DNA from: Antedon mediterranea
Taxonomy: Eukaryota > Animalia > Echinodermata
Direction of reading: 5' to 3'
DNA length: 64,000 bases
Assembly: GCF_964355755.1 (NCBI RefSeq)
Contig: NC_092672.1
Location: forward strand, 3,782,001 to 3,846,000
Numbering within the stretch: position 1 is the first letter of the stretch; each line of letters starts with the position of its first letter. The notes beneath the pieces are model-generated. The model had not been told where the DNA came from and did not search any database. It was given only the letters and a program-made list of their open reading frames with translations. Of the stretch, positions 38,571 through 51,402 are shown piece by piece. The translations under genes were made by a program, and so were the position numbers.

Positions 38571-39478
38571 AAGTGGAGGTTCCCCATCCAGCTTTAGTTT
38601 GCCTTTTGTGTCTACAGACTGTAATTCCTGTAATAATGAGCCTGTAGTTTGTCTGATGGTATAATGAGAATATTTAATATAGATAGTAATTTTTTCTGGT
38701 AATATTTCATAATGAGCAACTGTAAATCCCAAACATCCATCAATTTTAAACGAGCAACATCGCATTTTGCTTCAAAACAAACTATATTTGCATAGAATTT
38801 AATCTATATTAATTATTTATCGTAATTTTTATTAAAAAATCATGAATAGATTGCAAAATTAATGGCTGTAAATGTAATCTAGAAAAATAATTTGTAATCT
38901 TCAGAAATGACTGAGAGAGTAGTATAGCTTTGGGACTGCTTGTATCCTGGGAAAGCTGCTTTACTCTCAATGCCTCATCCTTCAGATAGGATATAAAGCT
39001 GTTGGTGCAATGTACATACATAACATATGTGCATGATAAAGAAATTGGTACATATTCAAAAAGAATCATCTCCCAGTGTGTTGACCATGGTCCTGTACTG
39101 AGCCCTCTAAGAGAACATCCTTGGTCACCCAGCATAAATAGAATCTGTACACTTTTATAATTTTAAATATGTATGTGAGAATTGAATCCATATTCTGTAT
39201 ATTTTTAATATTAAACACAATAACCAATTAGACATTATACTTTATTTTCTTTAATAGGAACATATTTTCTCAGGATAAATAATATTATATTTCGTTATAT
39301 TGTGATTTAGACTTTTAAGATTTATATTTTTAATTTATAATCCGTTTTGTATGATTGTTTACCAAACTCATTTTACCAAAGTAAATAGATCAACATTTTC
39401 TAATGATTAAATACTTATAGTATTCCTAATAATAATAATATATGTATATATTTGGTATTATAACATACAGGATAATTA

Positions 39479-39817
39479 TACTATAATGCTCAGTTATCGA
39501 AAATACTTTGTGCCCTAAAGTCTTGTTTGAAATTCAATTTACCATAGAATTATATTACTACTAGAGAATAAACTAGGCAACAGAAAAGATACTATAATGC
39601 TCAGTTATTGAAATACTTTGTGCCCTAAAGGCTTTCAAACATCTTGATTCAAATTCAATTTACCGTAGAGTTATATTACTACTAGAGAATCAACTAGGCA
39701 ACAGAAAAGATACTATAATGCTCAGTTATCAAAATAATTTGTGCCCTAAAGGCTTTCAAACGTCTTGATTCAAATTCAGTTCACCATAGAGTTATATTAC
39801 TACTAGAGTATCAACTA
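39479..39817. repeat. ~120-bp tandem repeat, 3 copies, that includes the left TIR of the adjacent MITE
   Basis: tactataatgctcagttat..tgtgccctaaag..catagagttatattactactagag repeated three times. Confidence 0.85.
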
Positions 39818-40051
39818 AAATTTGAAAATTAATGAAATTAATATTTTTTTTGCATACCTTTTGCCATACAAATGACCGTTTATTGAACATGCTTGTGTTA
39901 ATTTTGTGTTGCGTAACAGTGAATGCGGCTTCTTTCTGTCGATCTGATTGGTCAATGTGAAGCAGGCCTATTCGATTGTTCGTGGGTTCACTTTTTGAGA
40001 GCTGTGATTGTGTTGTAGTTGACTCTCTAGTTGTAATATAATAACTCTATG
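39785..40051. mobile_element. MITE (CATAGAG termini)
   Basis: catagagttatattactactagagtatcaacta ... tagttgactctctagttgtaatataataactctatg. Confidence 0.7.
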
Positions 40052-42141
40052 CAGTGTACATGCTTGTTTTCTTTCTCTTCCGACCCTCTGCTAAAATATA
40101 TTAGTACCTTCACATTTTACATAACATGTGAACAACGCCTTAATTTTTTAGGAATTCAGTAAGATAATATTTTGCACAATAACAAACAGACACAAAATTT
40201 CCCTCAAGTATATTAAGAATAACTTAACATGAGTATATTAACCCATCGTAGCCGGCTACAAGTAGACATTAATTGGTGTACATTTGATACTACGAGAAAA
40301 TTCATTAAGCTTTAGGAATTACAAAACATCATAATTTAAAAATTTTGATTTAACATAATACTTATTACAATACCAGGGAAGAGTAAAATTATTGTAATTT
40401 CACTTTTCCCTGATAACACTACTTTTTTGATGATGGTTGAAATAATTTGATATAATGAATGGCTGCTATATTCAATTCATATCCATATCAAGAAAATGTA
40501 TGTACCATACACCATAAGCCTAACTTTATACTTAACATAATACAGGCATCACATGTGGTACATATGTGTCAATGTATCAAATATTTTGCCTATGATACTG
40601 CTAACAAATTAAGTCATAGGATACAGTACAGAATCGAGTATTTTATGAATAAAACCAAAATATTACACAGAATATGTAAAGATAAAGTGCAAGTTACTAA
40701 TATATATATTTACGATTAATAAAATTGTCTGAATAGCCTGTGACATGTAGCAGAGATCTTTGGGCCTACATTTTGGCGGCTAGGCAGGGGTTTAGAGTCC
40801 AGCTATTTTTGGGTGTCAGTACATCTAGCAGCATACCTCAAACTTGACATGTATGTAGATGCACTGTTGTGGTGTCGAGTAATTCTCAAACTAGATTTTG
40901 TCTCAAAATTTAATAAATATAAATATTTATTATTAATAACAACTGCTTGTAGATAAAGCATTGAATCTTTAGTCTTAAATTTTACTTTACCAATATTAAA
41001 AAATGTTTCCAAACTTTCTTTAACTTTTCTCAGTTCTATCTTTTTAACAATCTTTGTTTCAATGACCAAATTAATATAAGAAAACATTTTACAAAATCAA
41101 TATATTGTATTTAGCCAACCTTACATCGCAAGAGATGGTAAAACGTCAAATACTATTGATGTTCAATTAAACTGATGCTAGAATATTGAATAGTGAAATC
41201 TTATTGATCATGTTTATCTAGCAATTTCCTTTTGCCTGAAGATATTCTCAAAGTGAGTGAGACATGCAATTCATGTTTAGATTATGTAAGATTATTGCAG
41301 TTTGGAAAATTAGGTAAAGTTACAGTCTTTTGAAACAATTTCTGTAAATATTGTGCCAAAAATAGTGCTTAAAATACAAAAAAATAAGAATTCATGACCT
41401 TGTGATGCATGTTGAACTTAAGAATCATGCTTTTACCATCCTACTTTAATACTAAAATAAACAATTTTTCTCACTATGATTATTATAATAAGAAAATGAT
41501 ACAAAACCATTTTAATACATTATTTTTTGGGCTGCGCATGCCTACAGTAGTTGATATACAGTCAGCGGCGAAATGGCAAAATCAGCAGTGTGGTCATTTT
41601 ACAAGTGTTGTCAAAAACAATATAGATTAACTGATAAAACTCCTAGAAAGTAGGAAACTTTTGGTCGTTTTCCCGGACTGTGTACATTATGTACCAATAA
41701 AAAACATTTTGGCCAACATAGCGTGTCATAACTATACCTGAGCTTAACTTTGCCAAATATACTGATAACAAAAAGTTAGTATCTGTCATCTTAACAGGCT
41801 GCCTATCCTCCGCTTGATCACTGATCCAAATCTGTACAACCCTCATTATTTATTAAATCTTGTATTTTCACTTACTATTATACTGTTAGTCTTATATCAT
41901 TTCTCTTTAAAGTTTTTAAGCAAGTATCTTTAAAGTAATTTTAAAGCTGTCCGTAATGTTGCTCTAGCAGTCAATAATTGAGTTAAAGAGGTCAGAGGGC
42001 AAACTAGTTACGTTTTCGTATATCTGAGGCAACAAATACATTTATTTGAATTGATTCAAAGTTGTTATATGAGCTATTTGCAGCTGTGTGGACGTCAAGT
42101 AAATGTGTACATTATAACAGGTTGAGGTTTTTGGTTCCTAA

Positions 42142-42299
42142 TGCTTAGTTCCCACTAGGGACGCAACGCAAGGACGTAACGCAACGTAAGTGATTTGACC
42201 AATCACAGGCGATGAATTATTTAAACTGTCGGTTGTCATTGGTCAACTTGCTTGCGTTGCGTTTACGTCCTTGCGTTACGTCCTAGTGGGAACCAACCT
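42142..42299. mobile_element. MITE family B (TIR AGCkTGGTTCCCACTAG..ACGCAAC), PIF/Harbinger-like, TAA TSD
   Basis: TAA|tgcttagttcccactagggacgcaacgc ... gcgttacgtcctagtgggaaccaacct|TAA. Other degenerate copies at ~5060-5280, 42530-42641, 44720-44981, 49440-49520 and 51768-51870. Confidence 0.85.
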
Positions 42300-43915
42300 T
42301 AAATAGAAATTCCACATACGTTCTATTTTATATTTAATATGTTCTTTGTTAAAACATCTTTAGCACCATGTTATATTAATACCAAGTATAAACATTTATT
42401 ATTATTATTATGTTTTATACCATTATTTATATTATTATTATTATTAACATTCTTATTAATGTTTTCTGATATTGTTATTTAGTATATAAACATAAACATG
42501 GTTAGAGTGATATTATTTCAAGTGTTTGCACTTGGTTCCCACTGAGACGACACAAGTAACATACAGATAATCCATCGCTTGTGATTGGTCACAGTACCTT
42601 GCGCGTACACTTGCGCGTTGTGTCTTAGTGGGAACCAAGCTATATTATGTATGACCAATACGACTGTATGATTTGATATGTACATATTCTGTTTTCTCTT
42701 TATATACGTTGTTTGATAGTAGGGTCTGATGTATATTTACATTTATTATACAAGATACAAAACGCAAATAAATCCTTAATTTTGAAAAGAAAATCTTCAT
42801 TAAAACTTCTTTTAGCAAATAGTTCCGCGCCACAGTCGTGTTCAGATTATTTCGTTAGTAGTCGCCGCCTAGACTTAAATTCTCTAAAAACGGTGCCGAT
42901 TATAATAAATTGAGGAAACTATGGAACGCGGGGAGTGCCACATTAAATACTGCGCACGGTGAATTAACAACGTAACATAAGTTATACTAAGCCGTCGTAA
43001 ATCGCATATATTACCATTAAAAAAAACTATCGAAATAAAAATAATATACTCCTCCTAAAATCCGTGATGTGCACTACTTTGAATCGACGCGGTTAACGAA
43101 TTAATAATAAAAATGCATCACAAAATTATTTTATTCATTAAGACTGGGTCGGAGCATTTGTTTAGCCGAAATAAAAATACTATTTCTGTATGCAACATAA
43201 TGTTTCTGTTGACGTTCCTAATATAAAATTGTATGATTTTATAGGCCTCTTTATTTATTTATTACAACAATATTTTACGAGGGTGTGGTCCATTCAGCTG
43301 AAGCTGATCATTGGGGACCCTCACAGAAATACATCATGACGCGACATTTAACAATAGCAATTAAATTAAATTAAAATAAATAAATATAATTTATAAAGAT
43401 AAAATATATAAAGCACAAACATTTTAGAATCAAAAATTAAATGAATAAAATAAAAAATTTAAAAAAAATTGAAATAAATATTATTTATAAAAAGATAAAA
43501 TAAAGCACAAACAATTTAGAATAAAAAATGAAATGAAATTAAATGTTTGTTGGTAATTAGCTGAGATACCGTTACACAGTATACATAATGTATTCAAGAA
43601 AACATAAACAGAGTCATTTCGTTATACAATATGACATAACACAAACAACAACCAGTTACTGCATTTCTTTTACATATTCATCAATGTTTCTTCTTCTTTC
43701 ACTGCTGGAGTCGGGTAGAAATTAATCATTAGTTTGAAGACAAGGTATACCCTGAGGCTAAAGGAGGCGAGCGTGGGCACTACATAATTTGAATTCTCAA
43801 CTACTGTATGATTATTCATTACCTGTCCTGTAGTACATGTAAGTATCATATCAAGCGCCGATGCGTTTGATATGCAAGAACTAATATTCCATCGTGTTGC
43901 ACTCTTGTAACCATC

Positions 43916-44268
43916 TATATGTTATTACAATGAGAAATTACATTGCAGTGATTTGTCCGTCTGGTTATTTTCGGCATCGGTAATTATTTTACCCTCGGCG
44001 CTTCATACTAATAATTCATATTTGCGTATTTTCATTATGTTAGCAAAATTATAATATTGTAAGCAATACATTTCTTCATTAAATGTTGTATATGTTATTA
44101 CAATGATGAGAAATTACATTGCAGGTATATGTCCTTCCTAAATTGGTTATTTTCGGCATCGGTAATTATTTCACCCTCGGCGCTTCATACGTCGGAAATT
44201 TATATTTGTGTAATTTCATTATGTTAGCAAAATTATAATGTCATAAGAAATACATTACTTCATTAAAT
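43916..44268. repeat. ~175-bp tandem duplication
   Basis: tatatgttattacaatg..agaaattacattgcag..ttttcggcatcggtaattattt..ccctcggcgcttcatac..ttcattaaat occurs twice. Confidence 0.85.
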
Positions 44269-45421
44269 AATCAGTTTTTTAATGAAATGTGTATTACTAT
44301 GTTATGAAGAGCAACTTAATTATGAAAGTCTTTTCATCCACTGATGAAGTGTCCAGTTGTTGTAATTGACGAAGTTTTAGAAAAATGAGCAATATTTTAA
44401 AATTGATTTTGCCCCCCCCCCCCCCAAAAAAAAAACAATCCAAGTGGGAAAAGGGACATTAAACGCAGATGACGTACTTATTCATATTTTCAGCTCATTG
44501 CATCTTTCATTGATTTATTCTACAATGTATTTATTCAACATCAGAAACAACACTCAACAATATGAAACGAACGAACTTATTTAAAATCCACATTATATAC
44601 CAACTCTTTTCAATCTCAACTATGAATAACACGTAAGTATGTTTAGCATGTAGTGTTTGTGTCCAGTTATCGCGTCGTCTTCCTCTCCGGTAATTCTTAA
44701 TATAGTTTCTATCCTAATTGTACCCCACGAGTGTTTCGGAGATCCGAGAACCAGTGTTACAGCACGAGGGAGGAGTAATTTGACCAATCACAAGCGATGG
44801 ATCATCCGAACTTCGCTTCTGATTGTTCAACTCAGCTTAGTTCCCACTGGGACGCAACGCAAGAACGTAAGCGGGTTGACCAATGACAGGTGAATACTCA
44901 ATCGCCTGGGATTGGTCAAATTACTTGCGTTGCGTTCGTCAACGTCCTTGCGTTGCGTCTCTAGTGCAGGGAACCAAGCGTAAACTCCGGAGTTTTACTA
45001 GGAGATGTGAAAGGGATATTGAGTTGATTATTCTTCAATATATCCCCCTTCCAGTAAGTTGACTAAAATTATATTTTGAAAGATGGTATCATGGTGGATC
45101 AACATGAATGACGTTCGTTGGGGGAATGGGAGAATAATGTAAGATTATAAAATGCAAGCTATGATAAAACTTTTAGCAGGAGTTGATTAAGTTGGTTTAA
45201 AGAAGGACTGATTTAGGATTTCCTGTGCTCAATTATGACGCAGAGGGGGGGTTAGTGTTGGTATTCTAGTGACAAGACGATTATAAGTGTATTTTTATCG
45301 TAACAATCATTCATAAAAACCAGTCAACATTGAATTTTATCTGTTGTATTAGGCTAATAACTACGTAAACTGCGAAAACCATAATGGAATTATGTTGGAT
45401 TTGATTGAATTTACTTAGCTT

Positions 45422-45541
45422 ATGTCGAACATATCGTTAGATCAGATAGTTCAGATAGTTTAGGATATTTGTGTACCGATAATGTCGCAAATATCGTTAG
45501 GTCAGACAGTTCAGATAGTTTAGGATACTTGTGTACCGATA
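45422..45541. repeat. 60-bp tandem duplication
   Basis: atgtcg..atatcgttag.tcaga.agttcagatagtttaggata.ttgtgtaccgata occurs twice. Confidence 0.9.
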
Positions 45542-45594
45542 TAGATTATGTTGTTCGATCCTTTTAGATCCATTTGAGACAATTCGAGCTTTAA

Positions 45595-45991
45595 TGCTTG
45601 CTTCCCACTAGAACGCAACGCAACGTAACGCAGCGACGTATCGACGCAAAGTTATGCATTGCGTAATCACAAGTGGGAAACGACAATGCAACATTGATAC
45701 AAACATCGCAGGTTTGATTTCACGCAGGCGGGGGCAAACACAATTATTAGAAGGGCATCTTACGTTGCGTGTAGATTGCGTTACGTTACGTAGCTAGTGG
45801 GAACCAAGCTTTAAGCGTGGTTCCCACTAGCGACGCAACACAAGGACGTAACGCAACGCAAGTGAATTGACCAATCACAAGCGATGGCTTATTCGCGTGT
45901 GATTGCTAACTTCTATAACTTCGCTTGTCATTGGTTAAAACGTTTGCGTTGCGTTTACGTCCTTGCGTTACGTTCTAGTGGGAACCGAGCT
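45595..45991. mobile_element. MITE family B tandem dimer (subfamily 2 + subfamily 1) joined by a single TTA
   Basis: Elements 45595-45810 and 45814-45991; junction ccaagct|TTA|agcgtgg. Confidence 0.9.
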
Positions 45992-46575
45992 TAGTAAGGA
46001 GACGTTGCACTCGTCACGGTATGTTAAACCTTCGTCTATCCGTCCTGAAACGAAAGCTCGATTGTCGGCATACTGTGTAGTTTCTCCAGTATCGTAGGAC
46101 TATTCGGTAATACAACAACACATGTGTTTCACATGTACATTATCTCCCAAGTACCATATACCATAACTTAACCCTTTAATCTAACCTTACATGATACAGG
46201 CACCACATGTGACACAAATGTTAAAAGTTTGTTGTCGTTATTAATACATTTTAAGAATTAGGTCTCGTACGTCTCTGTTAACATGTATTTTTCTTTCTGA
46301 CGTTTGTTAACTCTTTAAGCAATATGTGTAATGGAATCGTGCTGTTTGAAAATCGATTCTGTTAGACTAATCAAATATCGTTCAGAAAATAGATTAAATG
46401 TCTTAATTACATTTCCAATTAAGAATAACTGTTTGTTACCTAAACAAATTTGAACGAAAAAGAAAAGATGGTTTGTGTAGAAGGTTATTGTCTACTGTGT
46501 AAAGTATGTCAAGTCAGTAATCAGTTTCCCATACTAAGGCCCTCTATTAAAACCCCATTAAAGGTGTCCCTTTGA

Positions 46576-47007
46576 AGCGTGGTTCCCACTAGAACGTAAA
46601 GCGTGATTCCCACTAGCCTAGCGACGCAACGTAACGCAACGCTACGACGTATTGACGCAAAGTGCTAATTGCGTAATCACAAGTGGGAACCGACGACGGA
46701 ACAATGCTGCAAACATCGCAGGTTTGATTTCACGCAGGCGGGGGCAAACACAATTATTAGAAGGGCATTTCCATACGGTGCGTAGGTTGCGTTACGTTGC
46801 ATTGCTAGTGGGAACCAAGCTTAACGCAGCGACGTATTGACGCAAAGTGCTGTATGGCGTAATCACAAGTGGGAACCGACAACGCAATAGTGCTGCAAAC
46901 ATCGCAGGTTTGATTTCACGCATCCGGGGGAAAACACAATTATTAGAAGGGCATTTGCTTAAGTTGCGTAAATTGCGTTACGTTACGTCGCTAGTGGGAA
47001 CCACGCT
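46576..47007. mobile_element. MITE family B nested or tandem cluster (two subfamily-2 bodies)
   Basis: Two left TIRs (46576, ~46600), two bodies and two right TIRs (~46821, 47007). Confidence 0.85.
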
Positions 47008-47187
47008 TTATAGGGGTTCTCTGTATTCACTACTTCTTCGATTTTGTTGCAAATAAATAGAAAAACTGAACGCAGTAGGCCTATATGTAAACTATACATT
47101 TATTGTTATTTCACCCGATCTCAATGCTGTATCTCCACATACTTTATCTATCTCCGAAGTACGGTATCAAAGCAATATTTGGTAATA

Positions 47188-48495
47188 CAGTCAACTCTCC
47201 CAATACCGGACCCTCCCAAAACCGGAATTCACGAAAAACCGGACTTTTTTGGAGGGCCCAATTTGTCCCTATTCTAAATGTACTGTAATTTATTATGAAA
47301 ACCGGAATACCCAATTCCGGAATCCGGACAAATTATGAAGTACAAAACACGAAAATTAGCGTCTGAAAACCGGACTGACGGTTAAAAAACTCCAAATATT
47401 TACGAAAACAACGTAACATCGTCGTCGCTGACTCGGATTCACTACATTCACAATGTACAAAAGCTTTTAACCATACCCTCACCATGCATGAAGTGCGCGA
47501 CGTTTCGCGGTACGATCAAATAATGTTGCCATGGAGCGCTACACTGTGATTGACAGGTCAGTTCATTGTTAACCCACGAGGCGGCAATTGCTTTGTTGCG
47601 TATCGAACTGCGGTGGGCTTTTTCACATCGAAGCGCTATGTCTTAATGTCTATTGTTTTTAGCAGGGAGTTGTTAACAACTCCCTGTTTTTTTTTAGCAT
47701 ATGAATTGTTTTTTAATAAAGTTAAATTTACATTCCTGTGTCTTTGTTTTGTTTAAATTATTGTTAAATTCACAATTGCAATAGGACTTTAAAAAGGAAT
47801 GTTTCACTAAAAACGGGACTAAAAATGTGCATCATTATAAATTTGGAAATCATTATGGCAAAACGTAAACGGAATGAACTTGACTTAACTAGTGTTAATA
47901 AACTTTGAAATGTTACCAATTAATTATTGTGTCATTATTGCTTGGCTCGTTTACCTAATCAATTTTCATCATTGCTATCAAATTACGTCAAAATAAAGGA
48001 GCTTAAAAAACATGTGGTCTAGGTGTGGGCGTTTTTATTTGATTATGACACCTCTGCACATGCGCATCAATCAAAGCCCTTCACCCATGCTGCTGCTGCT
48101 AGCTAGCTCACGAAAAATAAACAGACCGAAATTATGTTCACCGTACGTACGTACGTAGGCCTTTTTGCCGTTAAAAACACATTGAGAAACAATAATTTAC
48201 TATTGTAACATGTTTTATTGGTATAGTAAATAATGTAACTTTTAAAAAAGGTAAATTGAATTACTGTAGCTTAATATTAATAAAGTAGGCCTAGGCCTAT
48301 CAGTATTTATTTATTTAAAACTAGATTGACACAATCATAGCCTAGCCTAGGCCTTCCCTACGCTAGGAGACCGTACCGGGCAGCATTCGGTGACAACGTG
48401 ATGACTTTAAAAATATGTTTTCAGGAAACCGGACTTTCGAAAAACCGGAAAATATATGCCCGCCCAAGGGTGTCCGGTATTGGGAGAGTTGACTG
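47188..48495. mobile_element. 1.3-kb non-autonomous Tigger/pogo-like DNA transposon, TA TSD
   Basis: TA|cagtcaactctcccaataccggac ... gtccggtattgggagagttgactg|TA perfect TIR; subterminal AAACCGGA repeats; no transposase ORF. Confidence 0.92.
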
Positions 48496-50633
48496 TACAG
48501 CATCTCATTTATATCACATGTGGTGCCTGTATCGTGTAAGGTTATGTTAAGGGTCATGTTACTACTTATACATGTAAAACAATGTTAGGCTAAGGATTAG
48601 GTTACTATATTTTAAATCCACTTTAAACATGTGAATGTATAATGCCTAATTATTAACCAGTTACGTCAATTTATTATGGAAAATTGTTTAAAACACATAT
48701 AAAGTCATCCAAAGATATTGACATTGATGGAAATAGGCTAGACATTTTAAAATAGATTTTCCGAAAAGTTTACGATATTATTTCCATTAATTCATGTCCC
48801 TATAATCTAAATAAAAATATAAAGTATAAATTCTAAAAATAAATGTGAAACTAGTTAATTAAAATTACTTATTTCGTTCGAAAGTATAATACCGATATGT
48901 GATTAACATTTTTTTTCCAATTTGCTGAATAGATTGAAAGAAAATTTTCCAAGCTGTGTAATAAAAAGCTTTAAATATTTGACTAATATAAGAACTATTG
49001 GGAACATAAAAACCATTAACAAGTAATACATGTTTATATAGCTGCATAGTCTTATATTTTGATAATGGAAAGCACTTTGAAATATGCATTAATATTTCTT
49101 TCGTGACATAATACTTTTATTTTACGTGCATTTATATAACTAGAACGTCTGCAATACGCCTGGACTAGTATTGACCCATTTAGACTGGATGATTTCATAA
49201 AGAGGTCATTAAATAAATGGCGGTAGTCCGTGAGAAGATTCTTCTGAATCTGAAAATGTTTAATCAAATCACGAACTAGATGACAAAATGCTCTATATTT
49301 TAGTCAAACCATGGATAAATAGTACAGACACGTCATTTAATGTGTGGTTTTATTGATTTTTACATTCAACATTGCCGAACGAAATATGTCACGGTTGTTG
49401 AATTTATGCATACAGTATATGCCTTACATTAAGTCCTGTCGTCGAAAGCTCCCTGTTAATTGTCCATCGCTTCGTGATTGGTCGAATTATTTGCGCGCGT
49501 GTGTTACGTTGGGAACAAAGACTCGTATTCTTGAAAGAGGACTATCTTTAGTTATTCAGGACTATGATAGTCCGGACTACGATAGTCCGGACTACCTTTG
49601 ATCTGGTATTTTTAAGCTTGCATTTCGCTTACGACGTCCGTGCATTCTGTTATTCAATCTCATAGTACCACGTGACACTATCGTACGCAGTGACATTGTG
49701 TAATATCTTATTTATTCTGCTCCGCGTTTGGAAAAAGAAAAATGAAATATTAAAAAGATAAATAATAAAGCTATAATTTGATTTGATTCCAAATTGACGC
49801 TCAATTTGATTATCTTGGCATTTTGAGATATATTGTTTTATGTACCGCAGTTCTCTGTCGTAACGATGACATTTAATCGATCACTTAGTAACTATGGTGT
49901 TGAATTCAATAGAATTGCATCTTAGAATATCCCGCTAATTCTATTTTATGACTACTATTTACTGTTAGAAATGCACAAGAATCATCAATTTATTTGTTTT
50001 CTATCTAATTGCTCAAGTGAATAAACCGAATGTGATGAGTGTCAATTTAAATTCAAAGTTTATGCGGGTTTCATCTGCGTGCGTGATTATTATTACGTTA
50101 TTTATCCTCTTCATCTTATTCTTCAAACATGTTTAAAAATTAATAGGAACACTTTCACTCATTGATTCAAATAAAGTTTTATTTTCTTCCTTTAAAAATG
50201 TATTGTCATCCAAAATCATGAAAAATAAAGAAAAAAACTATTTTCACAATCTGTTTACACTGCATTGGAAAACTGTTGTTGCCAAACTCGGAGCTAGTAT
50301 TCTAATGTAGTATTCACATGAAAGACAAAATTTACTAAACCTTGTTTGCAAATTTAGATACTTTGAATTTTGCAAACTTATGTTTAATGGATGTAGGCCT
50401 ACTGGTAATCAGGCTAACTAGGAAACTTGAAAAACTCGGAGTTTGCTCGAGCTTGCATTAAACAAAGGCTTAGCCCAGTCTAACTTTCGTTTGTACACCT
50501 AGGCTAGGCTAGGCTAGGCTTAGCCCAGTCTAACTTTCGTTTGTACACTCCAGGTTAACCATTGTTTGGAGAAGTTTGGTGATTCCTGAGACTTTTAGTG
50601 CAATTTAGTGTACTAGGTATACGTACACACATA

Positions 50634-50787
50634 AGGTTCTGTCTACACTATCAAATCTTATGTAACAAAAAAAACGTGATGTGCCCATATATGGACATGA
50701 TGATCTCATATCACTACCATATTTGGGTATAATCACCACCATATTTAGGCATACCACACTTTTTTTTGTACTAGTGTAGACAGAGCT
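50634..50787. mobile_element. MITE family A
   Basis: ctgtctacacta ... tagtgtagacagagct, followed by TTA. Confidence 0.8.
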
Positions 50788-51040
50788 TTACTCTACATAA
50801 AGTGTTTTCCTGAGATGACAAATTCGTGTGTTTCATGCCTATAACTGTTAACAGGATACAATAATGAATAATTTATACTGATATAAATGAGGAGGGTCTC
50901 TTAATAGGTGGTCAGTAATAGTAGGCCTACTATTGGTCATACAACACATGCCGTGCGCAATGCCGTATATCTCGTTATTAACATGATAAACAAATTACCC
51001 TATTTAAATTGTGTTAAATCTATAGGCTTTTATACGCTAA

Positions 51041-51402
51041 AGCGTGGTTCCCACTAGCGACGCAGCACAAGGACGTAACGCAACGCAAGTGAATTGACCA
51101 ATCACAAGCGATGGCTTATTCGCTTGTGATTTCTAACTGTCTATAACTTCGCTTGTCATTGGTTAAAACGCTTACGTTGCGTTTACGTCCTTGCGTTACA
51201 TTCTAGTGGGAACCAAGCTTTAAGCGTGGTTCCCACTAGCGACGCAACACAACGACGTAACGCAACGCAAGTGAATTGACCAATCACACGCGATGGCTTA
51301 TTTGCTTGTGATTGCTAACTGTCTATAACTTCGCTTGTCATTGGTTAAAACGCCTGCGTTGCGTTTTACGTCCTTGCGTTACGTTCTAGTGGGAACCAAG
51401 CT
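51041..51402. mobile_element. MITE family B homodimer joined by TTA
   Basis: Elements 51041-51219 and 51223-51402, near-identical. Confidence 0.9.

Noticed and set aside
38565-41846. Minus-strand ORFs or exon-like segments (38565-38765, 38809-39135, 40803-41087, 41643-41846)
   Set aside because: Some have plausible acceptors (tacag at ~39146, ~41831), but I could not join them into a consistent frame or recognise a domain. They may be lncRNA exons or LINE debris.
46652-47056. Two paralogous ORFs (..VITSGNRR..QLLEGH..), plus 58516-58752
   Set aside because: Translations of family-B MITE bodies, which are non-coding.
47188-48495. Autonomous pogo transposase
   Set aside because: No long ORF or DDD/HTH motif between the TIRs.
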